A stretch of 64,000 nt of DNA from an uncultured candidatus Porisulfidus sp. Lineage in GTDB: Bacteria; Pseudomonadota; Gammaproteobacteria; Poriferisulfidales; Poriferisulfidaceae. Below are positions 29,594 through 43,086 of this stretch, one piece after another. Every line of letters starts with the position of its first letter. Position 1 is the first letter of the stretch. The stretch lies in contig OZ220480.1 in NCBI GenBank assembly GCA_965116025.1, positions 416,001 through 480,000 on the forward strand, read 5' to 3'. Both the position numbers and the translations under genes were made by a program. The notes under the pieces are model-generated. The model was given only the letters and a program-made list of their open reading frames with translations, was not told the origin of the DNA and ran no database searches.

Positions 29594-30283
29594 ATGAACG
29601 CGACCGCCTTCTACGATTTGGACCACACGCTGATCGGTTGCGACAGCGATTACGAGTGGGGACAGTTTCTGGCGGACTCCGGGGAGATCGATGGAGATGC
29701 CTACCGTTCGCGCAATCAGGCTTTCTACGACGATTACCTCGGAGGAAGACTGGACTCCCTCGCGTATCTGGAATTCGTCCTGACTCCGCTTGGGCAAATC
29801 GATGGGCGACGTCTGCTGGAGCTTCGCGCGCGATTCATGGAAGAGCGGATCCGGCCAGCTTTGCGACCAAAAGCGGAACGGCTGATCGCGAAGCATCGCG
29901 CGCGCGGCTTTCGTCAGATTGTCGTGACCTCGACCAACGCTTTCATCGCGGAACCGATCACGAGGATATTGGGCATCCCAACCTTGATCGCGCCACGACC
30001 CAAACTACAGTCGGGACGATACACCGGAGAGTTGCTCGACGCGCCGTGCTTCGCCGCCGACAAGCCAAAGCGAATTCGAGCCTGGGCGGAGCGCGCGGGG
30101 ATCCAGTTGGAGGAAACCTGGGGGTATTCCGATTCCTTCAACGACATCCCGTTGCTGGAGTTCGTCGATCATCCGGTGGCCGTGGACCCGGACCCATCCC
30201 TGCGCGCGCGCGCCCAGGAGCGGAAGTGGGAAATTATCAGCCTGAGCGAAGCTACTCCGGGGAATACCCGAACGCCTCCTTGA
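29594..30283 (+). CDS. HAD-IB family phosphatase (SerB-like)
   Basis: FYDLDHTLIGCDSDYEWG, VTST, GYSDSFND, PVAVDPD. Confidence 0.88.
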   Translation: MNATAFYDLDHTLIGCDSDYEWGQFLADSGEIDGDAYRSRNQAFYDDYLGGRLDSLAYLEFVLTPLGQIDGRRLLELRARFMEERIRPALRPKAERLIAKHRARGFRQIVVTSTNAFIAEPITRILGIPTLIAPRPKLQSGRYTGELLDAPCFAADKPKRIRAWAERAGIQLEETWGYSDSFNDIPLLEFVDHPVAVDPDPSLRARAQERKWEIISLSEATPGNTRTPP

Positions 30284-31187
30284 AGCGCTCCCTCATCTCC
30301 TCCAGCGACAGGGTATGGTTTTGCGCGCCCTGGCGTCGCGCCTTGCAGGCCCCCATCAGGGAACCGACCCGCCCACAAGTTCCCCAATCCATGTCGCTCA
30401 GGATGCCGTACAGCAAACCGGCCCGATAGGCATCGCCGCACCCTGTCGGATCCACGTCCTCTTCCACCGGCACCGCCGGGATCTCGAGAATCGGCTTTCC
30501 TTCGCGGTAGATGCGGGAGCCCTGCTCGGAGTGCGTCACGACGACCGCGTCCAGCCGTTCCGCCAGCTTCTCGATCGTCAATCCGCTTTTCTCCCGCATC
30601 ATCTCGGCCTCGAAGCCATTGAACGCGGCCCAAGTCGCCAGTTCCACGAACCGCAGGAGATCCTCTTTCTGGAACATTGGCATCCCTTGGCCGGGGTCGA
30701 AAAGAAAGGGCATGCCCCGATCCGACATCTGCTCGGCGTGCTGGATCATCCCCACGCGGCCCTCTGGAGAGATCAGGCCCAGCCGAACGTCGGCCGGATC
30801 CACTTCCTGCTCGTGGCAGAAATCCATCGCGCCGGGATGGAACAGGGTGATCTGGTTGTCGTCCAGGTCCGTCGAGATGAACGCTTGGGACGTGAACATG
30901 CTTTCCAAAGTCTTCACTCGGCTTCGCGAGACCCCCTTTTGATCCATCCACGTGGCGTAGTCCTGGAAGTCCCGGCCCACCGTCGCCATCGGATAGCCCG
31001 TCACGCCCAAGAGATTCAGGTTGTAGGCGATATTCCCGGCGCATCCCCCGAATTCGCGACGCATGTGGGCGGCCAAGAACGAGACGTTCAGGTGGTCCGC
31101 CGCTTCTGGGAGAATGTTCTCCCGGAAGCGACCATCGAACCGCATGATGGTGTCGTAGGCCAGAGAGCCGCAGATCAGGACGGACAT
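30252..31187 (-). CDS. PfkB-family carbohydrate/nucleoside kinase (adenosine kinase-like)
   Basis: ICGSLAYDTIM, FGGCAGNIAY, FDPGQ, DPTGCGDAYRAG. Confidence 0.9.
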   Translation of the reverse strand: MSVLICGSLAYDTIMRFDGRFRENILPEAADHLNVSFLAAHMRREFGGCAGNIAYNLNLLGVTGYPMATVGRDFQDYATWMDQKGVSRSRVKTLESMFTSQAFISTDLDDNQITLFHPGAMDFCHEQEVDPADVRLGLISPEGRVGMIQHAEQMSDRGMPFLFDPGQGMPMFQKEDLLRFVELATWAAFNGFEAEMMREKSGLTIEKLAERLDAVVVTHSEQGSRIYREGKPILEIPAVPVEEDVDPTGCGDAYRAGLLYGILSDMDWGTCGRVGSLMGACKARRQGAQNHTLSLEEMRERFKEAFGYSPE

Positions 31188-31272
31188 GGAATGATTAGAA
31201 TTCCGGCGAAGCCGGGGCAATTATAGAGAAGCCCGTTCCTCACGGTCTCAGATCCTCGCGATAGCGCGCGGG

Positions 31273-32622
31273 CTATCGACTCCCCGACACGAACCCGCCG
31301 GTTCGCTCGATTTTCCAACTGTAATACCCAAGCGTCGCGCCGCGCGCGACCATGAAGCCGATCAACGCCAGCCACAAGCCGTGATTTTCCAGACTCTCCG
31401 CCGTCGCGAACCAAAGAGACAGATACGCCAGAATCGAGAGGACCATGCTGTCGCGGATCTCTCGAGTTCGCGTGGCGCCGATGAACAGGCCGTCCAGCAG
31501 AAAGGGTGGAAGACAGAACGCGGGCAACGCGATCAGCCAGGGAAGATACAGAGCCGCCGCGTCCCGAACGTCGGGCAGTGAGGTGAGCCAGCCGATCAGG
31601 ATCGCCCCGGCTGTCGCGAAAATCCCGACCAGCAGAACCCCGATCAGCGCGCACCAGAGCGACGCGGCCACGACGACGCGCTCAAGCCGTCGTCGATCTC
31701 GCGTTCCGACGGCCTGGCCGCAAAGCGCCTCCAGACCATGGGCGAAGCCGTCCATGCCATAGGCCGTGATGTAGAAGAAGTTGATGAGCACGGCGTTGGC
31801 GGCCAGCGTGACCGCCCCGAAACTCGCCCCCTGAGCCATGAAGAACGCGAAGGCGAAGAGCAGCAGAACCGTGCGCGCGAACAGATGATGGTTGACCGTG
31901 AACAGCTTTTTCCATGCTGGCGCGCTCCACAAGTCGCGCCGCGTCATCCGCGGCATCGGCCGGAGCATGCGCCACAGGATCCAAGCGCCCAGGAGCGCGC
32001 CGCTGTAGTTCGCCACCAGAAAGGCGTACGCCACTCCCCGCGTTCGCAAGTCGAAGTGAAACACCAAGATCACGTCCAGCAGCATATTGACGACGTTGAT
32101 CCACAGGGCCAAGCACAGCGGGGCTTTCGCGTTCCGCATCCCCAGACACCAGCCCCAGATCACCATATTCAGCAACACCGCCGGCATGCTCCAGATACTG
32201 ATCTCGAAATACAGTCGAGAGCGCGAGTCGATCTCCTCCTCCAGAGCCAAAAAACCATAGCTGAACTCCTGTATGGGCTCCCTCAGAAGCAGCGCCGTCG
32301 CCGAAATTAACGCGGCGGACAACAAGCCTCGCGACAGCGCCAAGCGAGTCTCGTCGGGATCATGCGATGCCTGCGCGGCCAGCGCGGTCGAGCTCATTCG
32401 AAGGAACCCGAATCCCCAGAACAGCAACTGGATCAGGGACGACCCCACGGCTACCGCGCCCAAATAGTGGGCCGCGTCCAGATGCCCCATCACGAACGTG
32501 TCGACCATCCCGAGCATCGGGGTGGCGAGCCCGGCCAGAGTCATCGGCCCGGCGATTCGCCACAAGCGCGCGTGGTCGTCCCGCGTCGGCAGGCGGGCGC
32601 GAAGCGCCGCTGGCGAGATCAC
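31273..32622 (-). CDS. MATE efflux transporter (DinF-like)
   Basis: PMLGMVDT, FWGFGFLRMS, LAANAVL, MDGFA; about 12 TM helices. Confidence 0.9.
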   Translation of the reverse strand: MISPAALRARLPTRDDHARLWRIAGPMTLAGLATPMLGMVDTFVMGHLDAAHYLGAVAVGSSLIQLLFWGFGFLRMSSTALAAQASHDPDETRLALSRGLLSAALISATALLLREPIQEFSYGFLALEEEIDSRSRLYFEISIWSMPAVLLNMVIWGWCLGMRNAKAPLCLALWINVVNMLLDVILVFHFDLRTRGVAYAFLVANYSGALLGAWILWRMLRPMPRMTRRDLWSAPAWKKLFTVNHHLFARTVLLLFAFAFFMAQGASFGAVTLAANAVLINFFYITAYGMDGFAHGLEALCGQAVGTRDRRRLERVVVAASLWCALIGVLLVGIFATAGAILIGWLTSLPDVRDAAALYLPWLIALPAFCLPPFLLDGLFIGATRTREIRDSMVLSILAYLSLWFATAESLENHGLWLALIGFMVARGATLGYYSWKIERTGGFVSGSR

Positions 32623-32728
32623 GCCATTCCGCCGTTCCGGCCAGCTCTTCTACAATACGGGGTCATGCTTTTCTGGAACCCCGGCCGGCGCCATTCTGCG
32701 AGGCGATGTCCAGAGAGATTTAGAGCCC

Positions 32729-33349
32729 ATGATGATCTGTCCGAGGGGATTGTACGCGCTGACTCCTGACGACTGCCCCGCCTTTCTTGAGCGCGTCGGG
32801 AAAGCCATCGCGGGTGGCGCGCGCATGATTCAGTACCGTGACAAGACGGCATCCGCGGCGGAGCGCGGAGCGCGCGCGGAAGCTCTGCTCGCGCTGTGCC
32901 GCTCGCGACGCGTTCCCTTGATCATCAACGACGACCTGGAACTGGCCCTCGCGCTGGACGCGGACGGCGCGCACCTTGGCGCGCGCGACGCGCCCATCCA
33001 TGAGGCCCGAAGCCGGTTCCCCCATGGATTGATCGGCGCCTCTTGCTACAATGATCTAGCGCGGGCCCGCGACGCCATCCAAGCGGGCGCTTCCTATGTG
33101 GCCTTCGGGAGTTTCCATGAGAGCGCGACGAAACCCGAAGCCGTGACCGCCCGACCCGATCTCCTGACTCGCGCGCGCCAAGAGCTGTCCGCCCCGATCT
33201 GCGCCATTGGAGGCATTCGCGCGGAGAACGCCGCTTCCATGATCCAGGCCGGCGCCAACTTGCTGGCGGTCAGCGGCGGAATCTTCTCGCGGCCGAACGT
33301 CGCCGCCGCCGCCCGCTCCATCGCGTCCAAGTTCCCGCCAGATGACTGA
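32729..33349 (+). CDS. thiE: Thiamine-phosphate synthase
   Basis: GLYALT, IQYRDK, LIINDD, ADGAHLG, IGASCY, YVAFG...TKP, AIGGI. Confidence 0.93.
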   Translation: MMICPRGLYALTPDDCPAFLERVGKAIAGGARMIQYRDKTASAAERGARAEALLALCRSRRVPLIINDDLELALALDADGAHLGARDAPIHEARSRFPHGLIGASCYNDLARARDAIQAGASYVAFGSFHESATKPEAVTARPDLLTRARQELSAPICAIGGIRAENAASMIQAGANLLAVSGGIFSRPNVAAAARSIASKFPPDD

Positions 33350-34634
33350 TTCGCGCTGGTTCGACGCCGCGTCGCGCAGCATTCCCGGCGGCGTCAACTC
33401 TCCGGTCCGCGCCTTCGGCTCCGTCGGGGGAACCCCAGTATTCGTGCGGAGCGGAACGGGCGCCTATATCCGCGACGTGGAGGGACGCTCCTATCTTGAC
33501 TACGTCGGCGCCTGGGGACCGATGATCGTCGGACACGCGCACCCTTCCGTGCTGGAAAGCGTCAAGGGCGTGGCGGACCAGGGACTCTGCTTTGGCGCTC
33601 CCCATCCGCTGGAGACCGAGATGGCGGAAAAGCTCCGCCAGCGAATTCCTTCGTTGGAGAAGGTGCGCATGGTGAACTCCGGCACGGAAGCGACCATGAG
33701 CGCCATCCGGCTCGCGCGCGGGTTCACGGCGCGGGAGCGGATCGTCAAATTCGCGGGCTGCTACCACGGCCACGCGGACGCCCTGCTGGTGCAAGCCGGC
33801 TCTGGGGCCTTGACGCATGGCGTTCCCTCCTCGCCCGGCATTCCCGCGAGCGCGGTCGAGCATACCGATATCGCGCAATACAACGATGCCGAGGAGGTGC
33901 GGGCGATTTTCGCGGACCGGGGCGACCGGATCGCCGCGATCATCGTCGAGCCGATCGCGGGCAACATGGGATGCATCCTCCCGGAGCCGGGCTTTCTGGA
34001 AACCCTGCGGGATTGTTGCGATCAGCATGGCGGCCTCTTGATTTTCGACGAGGTGATGACTGGATTCCGAGTCGGGCCTGGCGGCGCGCAACAACGCTTC
34101 GGCATCACGCCGGATCTGACCACGCTTGGGAAAATCATTGGCGGCGGCCTTCCTGTAGGAGCGTTCGGAGGTCGCGCCGACGTGATGAACAGGCTAGCGC
34201 CCCTGGGCCCGGTCTATCAGGCCGGCACTTTATCTGGTAACCCTGTCACCATGGCGGCGGGGCTGGCGACGCTGAGTCTGACCGAGCGGGAAGGCTTCTA
34301 CGAGGAATTGGGCGAAAACGCAAGGCTCCTGACGCGAGGAATGCGCGAACAAGCCGCCGCGCGCGGCATTCCGCTCGAGATGGTCGAGGCAACCGGCATG
34401 TTCGGCGCGTTCTTCACGTCTGGGGGCCCGGTTCGCGGCTATGCCGACGCCACGGCATGTCGGGATGAGGATTATCGCCTCTTCTTCCACCATATGCTGA
34501 GGCAAGGAATTTACCTCGCCCCGTCCCGCTATGAGGCGGGGTTCCTGTCCAGCGCGCACACCCGGGAAGACATCGAGCGAACCATCGCGGCCGCTGGAGT
34601 CGCGTTCGACGCGATGCGAGGCGAGCGTCAGTGA
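33342..34634 (+). CDS. hemL: Glutamate-1-semialdehyde 2,1-aminomutase
   Basis: IPGGVNSPVRAF, MVNSGTEATMSA, FDEVMTGFR, GKIIGGGLPVG, YQAGTLSGNP. Confidence 0.97.
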   Translation: MTDSRWFDAASRSIPGGVNSPVRAFGSVGGTPVFVRSGTGAYIRDVEGRSYLDYVGAWGPMIVGHAHPSVLESVKGVADQGLCFGAPHPLETEMAEKLRQRIPSLEKVRMVNSGTEATMSAIRLARGFTARERIVKFAGCYHGHADALLVQAGSGALTHGVPSSPGIPASAVEHTDIAQYNDAEEVRAIFADRGDRIAAIIVEPIAGNMGCILPEPGFLETLRDCCDQHGGLLIFDEVMTGFRVGPGGAQQRFGITPDLTTLGKIIGGGLPVGAFGGRADVMNRLAPLGPVYQAGTLSGNPVTMAAGLATLSLTEREGFYEELGENARLLTRGMREQAAARGIPLEMVEATGMFGAFFTSGGPVRGYADATACRDEDYRLFFHHMLRQGIYLAPSRYEAGFLSSAHTREDIERTIAAAGVAFDAMRGERQ

Positions 34635-36442
34635 CGCTGTCCAGAATACAGCTTCGCGTACAGGCCGTCCTGGTCCAGCAACTGCCGCGGTTCGCCTTGC
34701 TCAATGATCTTTCCATCCTCCATAACGTACACATGGTCGGCATGCCTGACGGCGCTCAGGCGGTGCGCCACGATCAAGGTCGTGCGCCCTTGGAAACGGG
34801 CGAACAAATCGCGGTGCAGGCGATCCTCGATCCGCGTGTCCAGCATGGAAGTGGCCTCATCCAGAATCAGTATCTTCGGATCCATCAGCGTCGTCCGGGC
34901 GATCGAGAGACGTTGCCGCTGACCCCCCGAGAGCCGAACGCCGTCCACGCCGAGCTGGGTTTCCATCCCTCGCGGCAGCTCGCGCGCCCACTCCCGTAAC
35001 TGAGACACCCGCAGAGCCTCCCACAGCGCGTCGTCCGGGTGGTCCTGTCCCAAGGTCAGGTTCGATCGAAGCGTATCGTTGAACAACGTCGGGTGCTGGA
35101 GCGCGATCGCGACGTTGTCCCGGATCACGTCGAAGCCGATGTCCCGAGCGGGCCATTCCCCAAAGCGAATCTCTCCGGAGTCCGCCGGATACAGGCCGAG
35201 CAGTACCTGCATCAGCGTCGATTTCCCCGCGCCGCTGGCCCCCACGAACGCCACCTTCTCCCCCGCCGCCACCCGCAAGGTGACGCCGTTCAGGATCGGC
35301 CGTCCGGCGGTGAAGGAAAAACGCACGTCCCGAAGTTCCAGCGAGGTGGTGGAGACGCCGGCGAACGGGTCATGGACGCGAGCGTGGCGAGGCTCTTCCC
35401 GGAAGCGCGAAATTCGGTTGATCCGCCCCAGCGCGGCGGAAGCCGAATAGTAGGCGTACTGCACGCCAAGCAACTCCTGCACCGGCCCGATCATGAACCA
35501 GAGGTAGCCGAACACCGCCATCATTTGCCCGATGCTGAGATCGGAAAATACCACCATCAACATGCTCACCGCTCGGAAGATGTCGAACCCCAGAAGAAAC
35601 ACGGTGCCCGAGGCGCGGCCCGCCATCTCGCTCTTCCAGAAATAGGCGGTGGACCAGTCGCGCACGCCCCGGGCCTCGTCCATCACGCGGCGAATGTAAT
35701 GACGCTCCCGATTGTGCGCCCGAATCTGATGGATCCCGTCCAGGGTCTCGGTCAAGGCTTGCTGAAAATGCTCGATCGCCGAATTCTCTCGCTTCTTCAA
35801 TTCCTTGACTCGTCGCCCCAGCATGATCGTGAAGTAAATCACCAAGGGATTCATGCAGAGAATGAATAGCGCCAAACCCCAATGCAGCCAAAGCAGCACG
35901 GCCGCCGTTCCCGCGATGGTGAGGCAGGCGACCACGAACTTCCCGACGGTGACGGCCACGAAATCGTCGATGGTCTGGAGGTCGGTGACCAGATGGGCGG
36001 AGACCGTGCCGCTGCCCAGGGTCTCGTATTCGGACAGGGACGTTCTCTCAAGCCTTCGCAACAGCTGGCAACGTAGCCGGTAGACCATATCCTTGGAGAC
36101 GGTCGCCAGCTCTCGGACTTGCGCCGCGTGCAACAGGATCGAGATGACTCGCAACAGGACCGCGAGCAGCAGAACCGCGCCCACGTACAAGATCGGCCCA
36201 TGCCAAGATTCGGGCGACCACGCCTGAATCAGGGGAACCAAAAACTCCGGCTTCTCCAACAGGACCTCGTCCACTAGCAACGGCATGAGAAGCGGCAACG
36301 GCACGCTCGCGGCCGTGGCGCCGACCGCCACCAGATGCGCGCGGACCAATTGCTGGCGGTGATGCCGGGCCAGACGGACCAGGTAGCGGAGCGTGTATTC
36401 CGCGGGCGGCCCGCCGTCGGCGGGCTCCGTCGCCATGTTCAT
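34628..36442 (-). CDS. ABC exporter, fused permease/ATPase
   Basis: TM domain plus GASGAGKST, LSGGQRQRLSIAR, ILDEATS, IVAHRL; ATG overlaps the thioredoxin stop. Confidence 0.92.
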   Translation of the reverse strand: MNMATEPADGGPPAEYTLRYLVRLARHHRQQLVRAHLVAVGATAASVPLPLLMPLLVDEVLLEKPEFLVPLIQAWSPESWHGPILYVGAVLLLAVLLRVISILLHAAQVRELATVSKDMVYRLRCQLLRRLERTSLSEYETLGSGTVSAHLVTDLQTIDDFVAVTVGKFVVACLTIAGTAAVLLWLHWGLALFILCMNPLVIYFTIMLGRRVKELKKRENSAIEHFQQALTETLDGIHQIRAHNRERHYIRRVMDEARGVRDWSTAYFWKSEMAGRASGTVFLLGFDIFRAVSMLMVVFSDLSIGQMMAVFGYLWFMIGPVQELLGVQYAYYSASAALGRINRISRFREEPRHARVHDPFAGVSTTSLELRDVRFSFTAGRPILNGVTLRVAAGEKVAFVGASGAGKSTLMQVLLGLYPADSGEIRFGEWPARDIGFDVIRDNVAIALQHPTLFNDTLRSNLTLGQDHPDDALWEALRVSQLREWARELPRGMETQLGVDGVRLSGGQRQRLSIARTTLMDPKILILDEATSMLDTRIEDRLHRDLFARFQGRTTLIVAHRLSAVRHADHVYVMEDGKIIEQGEPRQLLDQDGLYAKLYSGQRH

Positions 36443-36804
36443 GAAGCGGAGCGCTTCTGGATTTGGTCGTAAATCGGCCGCATGTCCAGCTCGCGCGCCT
36501 TCTGGATCAGAGCCTCCAGGTACGCGATGGACAACGCCCCAGGTTGCGCGAACAGCTGAATCCGCTCTCGGAACAGCATGAGCGTGGGGATGGATCGGAT
36601 CCCGAACGCGCGCGCCAGCTCCACCTGCTCCTCGGTGTTGATCTTCCCGAACACGATTTCCGGGTGACTCTTCGACACCCTCTCGAACACCGGCGAGAAG
36701 CTCCTGCACGGCCCGCACCATTCGGCCCAGAAATCCACTACCACGATATCGTTTCCGTCTATGACGCTCGTGAAGTTTTCCTTGGTCAGCTCAATGGCGC
36801 TCAT
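36439..36804 (-). CDS. Thioredoxin
   Basis: DFWAEWCGPC, IRSIPTL. Confidence 0.93.
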   Translation of the reverse strand: MSAIELTKENFTSVIDGNDIVVVDFWAEWCGPCRSFSPVFERVSKSHPEIVFGKINTEEQVELARAFGIRSIPTLMLFRERIQLFAQPGALSIAYLEALIQKARELDMRPIYDQIQKRSAS

Positions 36805-36826
36805 GGAGTTTCCACGCTTGATTCCG

Positions 36827-38173
36827 TCACAAGCGCGATTCCAGATATCGGCAAACGCCTGACCCGGCGCGGTTGCTCATGACCAGGACGACCCCGTCGG
36901 GCGCGAGTCGCTCGCGAATCCGCGCCTCCAGGTCCGCGAGGTCCGTCGTGACGCCAAGCTTCCCGTGGGCCCGCCCCCACTCCGCGACATCCCACCGCGT
37001 CTCCAGCGACGCATGCACCCAGCTTCGGTCCGCCCCCTCCAGCGCCTCGGCGAGAGAATCCTGATGCGCCCCCAGCCGCATGCTGTTCGAGGCCAGCTCG
37101 ACGACCGCCAGAATTTGTCGATCCGGGTGATTCCCTCGCACCGCTTCGATGCTGGCGCGAATTTCCGTGGGGTGATGGGCGAAATCGTCATACAGGCAAA
37201 TCTCTCCATTCCGGGCGGAGCGCTGGGTCAGTCGGCGCGAGACTCCCTCGAAAGAGCCTAGCGCGTCCGCTGCCGTCTGGACCGAGACTCCCGCTCTCGC
37301 CGCCGCCGCCACGGCGGCCGTGGCGTTCAGCGCGTTGTGCGCTCCCACAGGTCGATGCCCCCGAGCCACGTGGCGCCCCCCGCCATGAAGAACCTCCAGC
37401 TCTTCGCCCGGACGCCATTGGCAGCGCCAGTCGCTGTCCTCCTCAAAGCCAAACGTCTCCACCGGAGTCCAGCAGCCCATCTCCAGAACTTCCCGAAGAT
37501 TCCGGTCTCCCGCCCGGCACAGGACGCGGCCCTCTCCCGGAACCGTGCGCAACAAGTGATGAAACTGGCGCTGGATGGCGGCCAGATTCTCGAAGATGTC
37601 CGCGTGGTCGTATTCCAGGTTGGTCAGGATCAAGGTTCGCGGACGGTAATGCACGAACTTCGAGCGCTTGTCGAAGAACGCCGTATCGTATTCGTCCGCC
37701 TCGATCACGAAGCAGGGCGGTCGCCCGGCCTGGGCGCTTTTCCGCGTCCGCGCGGGCACCCCTCCGATCAAATACCCTGGAGACAGGCCCGCTTCCGTAA
37801 GGATATGCGCCAGCATCGCGCTGGTGGTGGTCTTGCCGTGCGTGCCCGCCACCGCCAGCACATGGCGCTCATGCAGCAAATGATCGCGCAGCCATTGCGG
37901 ACCCGAGACATAGGGGATGGAGCTGTTCAGCAGCTTCTCGATGATCGGGTGCCCCCGACTCATCACGTTGCCGACGACCACGCGATCCGGGGCCGGCCGC
38001 AAGCGCGACCATTCGTAGCCCACCTCGCACTCCACGCCAGCCTTCTCCAGCTGGACGCTCATGGGGGGGTGCAGAGCCTCGTCGGAGCCGGTCACCCGGT
38101 GCCCGAGCTCGGAGGCGATCCGGGCGACGCCGGCCATGAAGCTTCCGGCCACGCCCAAGATGTGAAGATGCAC
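36827..38173 (-). CDS. mpl: Murein peptide ligase Mpl
   Basis: MHLHILGVAGSFM, AGTHGKTTT, IEADEYDTAFFDKRSKF, YDDFAHHPT. Confidence 0.95.
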   Translation of the reverse strand: MHLHILGVAGSFMAGVARIASELGHRVTGSDEALHPPMSVQLEKAGVECEVGYEWSRLRPAPDRVVVGNVMSRGHPIIEKLLNSSIPYVSGPQWLRDHLLHERHVLAVAGTHGKTTTSAMLAHILTEAGLSPGYLIGGVPARTRKSAQAGRPPCFVIEADEYDTAFFDKRSKFVHYRPRTLILTNLEYDHADIFENLAAIQRQFHHLLRTVPGEGRVLCRAGDRNLREVLEMGCWTPVETFGFEEDSDWRCQWRPGEELEVLHGGGRHVARGHRPVGAHNALNATAAVAAAARAGVSVQTAADALGSFEGVSRRLTQRSARNGEICLYDDFAHHPTEIRASIEAVRGNHPDRQILAVVELASNSMRLGAHQDSLAEALEGADRSWVHASLETRWDVAEWGRAHGKLGVTTDLADLEARIRERLAPDGVVLVMSNRAGSGVCRYLESRL

Positions 38174-38192
38174 GCCGACCGGATCTCGCCGC

Positions 38193-38957
38193 CTATCTGG
38201 CGAACACCCACTCCGTTTCCGTCGACATCTCCGGGGCGTGCCGGTAGCCCTCCTCGGCGAATCCAGTGATCTCGTCCACCGATGTCAGGCGATTCTTGAC
38301 GATGTAGCGGGTCATCATGCCGCGCGCCTTTTTGGCGAACAGCGCGATCACCCGGTATCGCCCCTCCTTGCGCTCCTTGAACACCGGGGTGATGACTGAA
38401 ACGCCAAGGGACTCCGAACGCACCGCCTTGAAATACTCTCGCGACGCGAGGTTGACCAACGGCGGGCCGTTTTGGCCCGACATGGCGTCGCGGACGCCCT
38501 CGGTAATCCGATCACCCCAGAACTGGTACAGATTATCGCCGCGCTCCGTGCCCAGACGCGCGCCCATCTCCAAACGATACGGCTGGATCAGATCCAGCGG
38601 GCGTAGCAGACCGTACAGGCCAGACAGAATGCGCACGTGCTTCTGGGCGAACGTCAGGTCCTGCCGCGTGAAATCGTCCGCCCCCAGTCCCGTGTAGACA
38701 TCCCCCTTGAAGGCGAGCGCGGCCGGTCGCGCGTTGTCCACGGTGAAGGGCGTTTTCCACTGCTGGAAGCGCTCGAAGTTCAGGTCGGCGAGTTTCATGC
38801 TCACGCGCATCAGCTCCGCGATATCGATCGGCGACAGTTCTCGAAGGCGACGAATCAACTGGCGAGATTCTCTTAGATGGCCCGGTTGCGTGCAGATCGC
38901 GGCATCCGCGGGAGCGTCCGGATCCAGCGTTTTTGAGGGAGAAAGAACGACGAGCAT
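38193..38957 (-). CDS. yaaA: Peroxide stress protein YaaA (DUF328)
   Basis: LSPSKTL, FKGDVY, ILSGLYGLLRPLD...YRLEMG, NLASREY, AKKARG; start could be 38957, 38966 or 38969. Confidence 0.93.
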   Translation of the reverse strand: MLVVLSPSKTLDPDAPADAAICTQPGHLRESRQLIRRLRELSPIDIAELMRVSMKLADLNFERFQQWKTPFTVDNARPAALAFKGDVYTGLGADDFTRQDLTFAQKHVRILSGLYGLLRPLDLIQPYRLEMGARLGTERGDNLYQFWGDRITEGVRDAMSGQNGPPLVNLASREYFKAVRSESLGVSVITPVFKERKEGRYRVIALFAKKARGMMTRYIVKNRLTSVDEITGFAEEGYRHAPEMSTETEWVFAR

Positions 38958-38991
38958 GAACGACATCACCAGCGCGCTGTGGAAACTCCGA

Positions 38992-43078
<4,087 letters not shown>

Positions 43079-43086
<8 letters not shown>
